A program made the translations under genes and the position numbers. The notes under the pieces are model-generated. The model made no database searches. It had not been told where the DNA came from and was given only the letters and a program-made list of their open reading frames with translations. A stretch of 64,000 nucleotides of DNA from Setoptus koraiensis (Eukaryota > Animalia > Arthropoda), in assembly GCA_048013815.1 (NCBI GenBank), contig CM106585.1:5704001-5768000 (forward strand). Direction: 5' to 3'. Of this stretch, positions 61,491 through 64,000 are shown one piece after another (within the stretch, counting starts at the first letter, position 1; each line of letters begins with the position of its first letter).

Positions 61491-63680
61491 ATGGACCCAT
61501 TCGACATGCTGCCGGCGGAGCTGTTGATCAAGATCATCAGTCACTTGGACGACTTACTCGATAGGCACAATTTGGCCCAACTATCACCTAGATTTAGAGA
61601 TATTATACATGCTGGCAACATGATTTTGGAGAGAGGAACTCTCGGTAGCACGCGGTCGGAGTTGCTAGATTGTCAGGTTTTGAGCACTATCCTTCAAGGG
61701 CTGCCCCAAATGAAACAGCTCGACCTGGGCAACGCAATCAGAAGATTTGGACCGGGCTCTCATTTCTATGTGACGGACAACTGCCAACGACTAACCAGAC
61801 TCAACTTAAGTCGGATATCTTTTGCAGCCACAGAGCTAAATTCTGTAATAGTTGATTTAGAACACTTGACACATCTCACACTGGATCATATCGAGCTAGA
61901 CGATTTATATGAGTTGAACGAAGTGATTCCGAATCTTTCGCGAAATCTGTTGCATCTCAGCATGATAGGAATTAAACGAAGACCCTTTATATATTTTCCC
62001 AGCATGGATAACGAAGTTTACGCGTTGCGTTCCCTCGATATCAGGAGGAATACCATTGTTGATGATTTTGAACCCGAGGCTGGGGATTTAGGCGATACAA
62101 CATTTTTTATCGAGGCATGTCGGCAATTGGACAGCCTAGCATTGACGTTGAAAGGCGAGGAATCGGTGCCTGAATTGATACGTACTCTTTCCAATATCCG
62201 ATTGAGAACTCTTGTTCTTGATCAATATTACGGCTCGTTGGCAGGTATTAACGTACCAACAATAATAAGCGGCGAACAAGCTGAATCACATTATGAAAAG
62301 AGCACTAACCGTGCGAAAAAACCTGCAAAGATTTCCTGTCACAAAGAGATACGTGATTTGGAGGATACCGTATCGTCAATATACAATAACTACTGGCTAC
62401 TAGAGTGCCAACAAAAAATATCCATTATACGATGGAAGCGAGAATCTCGAAAAGGTAAACATTTTCTATTTGCGAAGATAGATCGCCAAACTCTAGATGA
62501 ATCATTTGCAAGGAAAATTCATCATTCCAACAAGTTGAGAATGGTTGAATACGATAGAGCAGGTGGTAGACTGTTGTGGTCAGCCGAAGCTGTACCTATG
62601 CCTCATTTCATCAATTGCAGGCGATTTTTATATTTCAAAATCAATAGGGATAACAAACAAGAATTTAAACGCGGCCGACCGAAATCAGGCAAATATTTGT
62701 TGATCAACAAGAGTCTCAAGAAATTCTATCAGGAATCAATTGAGAGACTGAAACGAAATTTAAGACGAATCGAGGACGATGCATTCTTGCGTGAAATTAT
62801 CCAGAAAAGTGGTCAAGAGGGACAAGTCCTATGTAACTTGCAATCTAATAACGCGCTGAGATTGGAGGAAGGTAGTTTCGGCAGTCGGTTACCGGATGAC
62901 ATCAAATCGTCAATAAGACGAAGAATTTCGCTCATGGTCACTCCACCTGAGGAAGAGTTTGACCGGAGGAAGTCTATCGTGTTTTTAGCAAATTTTTTAT
63001 TTCGGACTATAGCAGATTTCAATTTGATGCTTCCTAGTTCAAAAGTATTAATATGTGCTGGTAGCGCTAAAACACTCGAGGCAATCGCAGAGAAAATCCA
63101 CGAAGTGAGAGCGTCGAATGAGTGTAGAATTAATGTGAAAATATTCAGCTCCAACTCCCGTCCTCAACGACCATCTTCTTCCTATGTTAATGATCTCATT
63201 GATGAACATATTGCTGACGATGATGCTATTGTTGATGATGATGATATTTACGAGGACGTCAATGTCGAAAATTCCAGAATCGATACCAGAGACCTGAAAG
63301 TTGATTCGGGACTGGGCATGCTGGCTGCAAGACAGATCTTGGATAACTTGGATAATTCTGATTGGTGTGATGTGATTTTATGCACTTTTCAAGATGCACT
63401 CAAGTTGTCGGCGTGGACTGGGTTGTTAATTGATACTCTGATACTTTACGAATGTAACGAGTTCAGTATGAAAGAGCTACATCTCTTACTCCATTTCCTA
63501 CCCAGACGAACAGTATTGATGTCCATCAGTCCCTGGATCAAGAGTGACCCCGTATTTCGGAAATTCCAGAAAATGGGCTTCACAAGAGACTTCAACTGGT
63601 TGAGACCCCCAGATTTCTATCGATCCGACAATAGGTGCTTCGCGCGGAAATCAGCATCCGTGTATCCGCCACCAAGATGA
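61491..63680 (+). CDS. F-box/LRR protein fused to a degenerate Upf1-like SF1 helicase 1B+RecA1 module, intronless, 729 aa
   Basis: N-terminal F-box (FDMLPAELLIKIISHLD...NLAQLSPRFRDII) and LxxLxL LRR-like repeats (MKQLDL, LTRLNL, LTHLTL, LRSLDI, LDSLAL, LRTLVL). The C-terminal segment aligns by eye with Upf1 motifs (KVLICAGSAKTLEAIAEKIH, DVILCT, ILYE, FYR). Confidence 0.85.
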   Translation: MDPFDMLPAELLIKIISHLDDLLDRHNLAQLSPRFRDIIHAGNMILERGTLGSTRSELLDCQVLSTILQGLPQMKQLDLGNAIRRFGPGSHFYVTDNCQRLTRLNLSRISFAATELNSVIVDLEHLTHLTLDHIELDDLYELNEVIPNLSRNLLHLSMIGIKRRPFIYFPSMDNEVYALRSLDIRRNTIVDDFEPEAGDLGDTTFFIEACRQLDSLALTLKGEESVPELIRTLSNIRLRTLVLDQYYGSLAGINVPTIISGEQAESHYEKSTNRAKKPAKISCHKEIRDLEDTVSSIYNNYWLLECQQKISIIRWKRESRKGKHFLFAKIDRQTLDESFARKIHHSNKLRMVEYDRAGGRLLWSAEAVPMPHFINCRRFLYFKINRDNKQEFKRGRPKSGKYLLINKSLKKFYQESIERLKRNLRRIEDDAFLREIIQKSGQEGQVLCNLQSNNALRLEEGSFGSRLPDDIKSSIRRRISLMVTPPEEEFDRRKSIVFLANFLFRTIADFNLMLPSSKVLICAGSAKTLEAIAEKIHEVRASNECRINVKIFSSNSRPQRPSSSYVNDLIDEHIADDDAIVDDDDIYEDVNVENSRIDTRDLKVDSGLGMLAARQILDNLDNSDWCDVILCTFQDALKLSAWTGLLIDTLILYECNEFSMKELHLLLHFLPRRTVLMSISPWIKSDPVFRKFQKMGFTRDFNWLRPPDFYRSDNRCFARKSASVYPPPR

Positions 63681-63694
63681 TGTGAATAGGTGAT

Positions 63695-63829
63695 GTATTG
63701 TTGTCCATCGGTCCGTGGATTTCGAAGATTCCAGAGAATGGGCTTCCAGCTAGTCGGTTGAGAGCCCCAGCTTTCCGTAGAGCCGGCATGCCAGTTGCGC
63801 GGACCCACTGCCTAAGATGGTGTAAATAG
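63695..63829 (+). pseudogene. Diverged, frameshifted tandem duplicate of the last ~175 bp of the F-box gene (source 63513-63689)
   Basis: GTATTGTTGTCCATCGGTCCGTGGAT vs GTATTGATGTCCATCAGTCCCTGGAT; GATTCCAGAGAATGGGCTTC vs AATTCCAGAAAATGGGCTTC; GGTTGAGAGCCCCAG vs GGTTGAGACCCCCAG; AAGATGGTGTAAATAG vs AAGATGATGTGAATAG. Confidence 0.75.
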
Positions 63830-64000
63830 CGAAGGGATATGAATATAGGGATATGAATAGCTCGGGATGGATGAATGGCCAGGGGCTTCGTTTGATCCGC
63901 ACTCACCTGAAGCTGGCTGCCACAGGTGAAATTGATTGGCTTTTCCTCTAATCGCTCGCCAATTACTGGTTTGCACAAAGTGCTGTTTTGCGCCACTGTG

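Noticed and set aside
63592-63996. Minus-strand ORFs at the window end
   Set aside because: Antisense to the F-box tail and its duplicate, with no domain evidence.

Overview
Eukaryotic (animal) genomic DNA, not prokaryotic; no CRISPR array, rRNA or canonical tRNA was found. Intron-poor, tightly packed housekeeping genes alternate with long GC- and microsatellite-rich non-coding domains around regulatory genes, which suggests a compact arthropod genome, probably a mite (inference). Left cluster (1-13 kb): a partial Cys-rich single-pass membrane protein, a 2-exon secreted prepropeptide, enolase, an atypical nanos-type zinc-finger gene, transaldolase and VPS54. A ~20 kb low-complexity domain (13.5-33.3 kb) surrounds a Tis11/ZFP36 tandem CCCH gene. 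AGPAT3/4 and ATP synthase delta follow, then an Id/Emc-like HLH gene split by an 11.7 kb intron. Near the right end, a 3-exon secreted 8-Cys protein gene, assembled here by hand, carries a 4-TM protein gene nested antisense in its second intron. The last gene encodes an F-box/LRR protein fused to a truncated, apparently catalytically dead Upf1-like SF1 helicase module, which is the most novel-looking item. All alignments and family assignments were made by eye from remembered consensus sequences; no searches were run.
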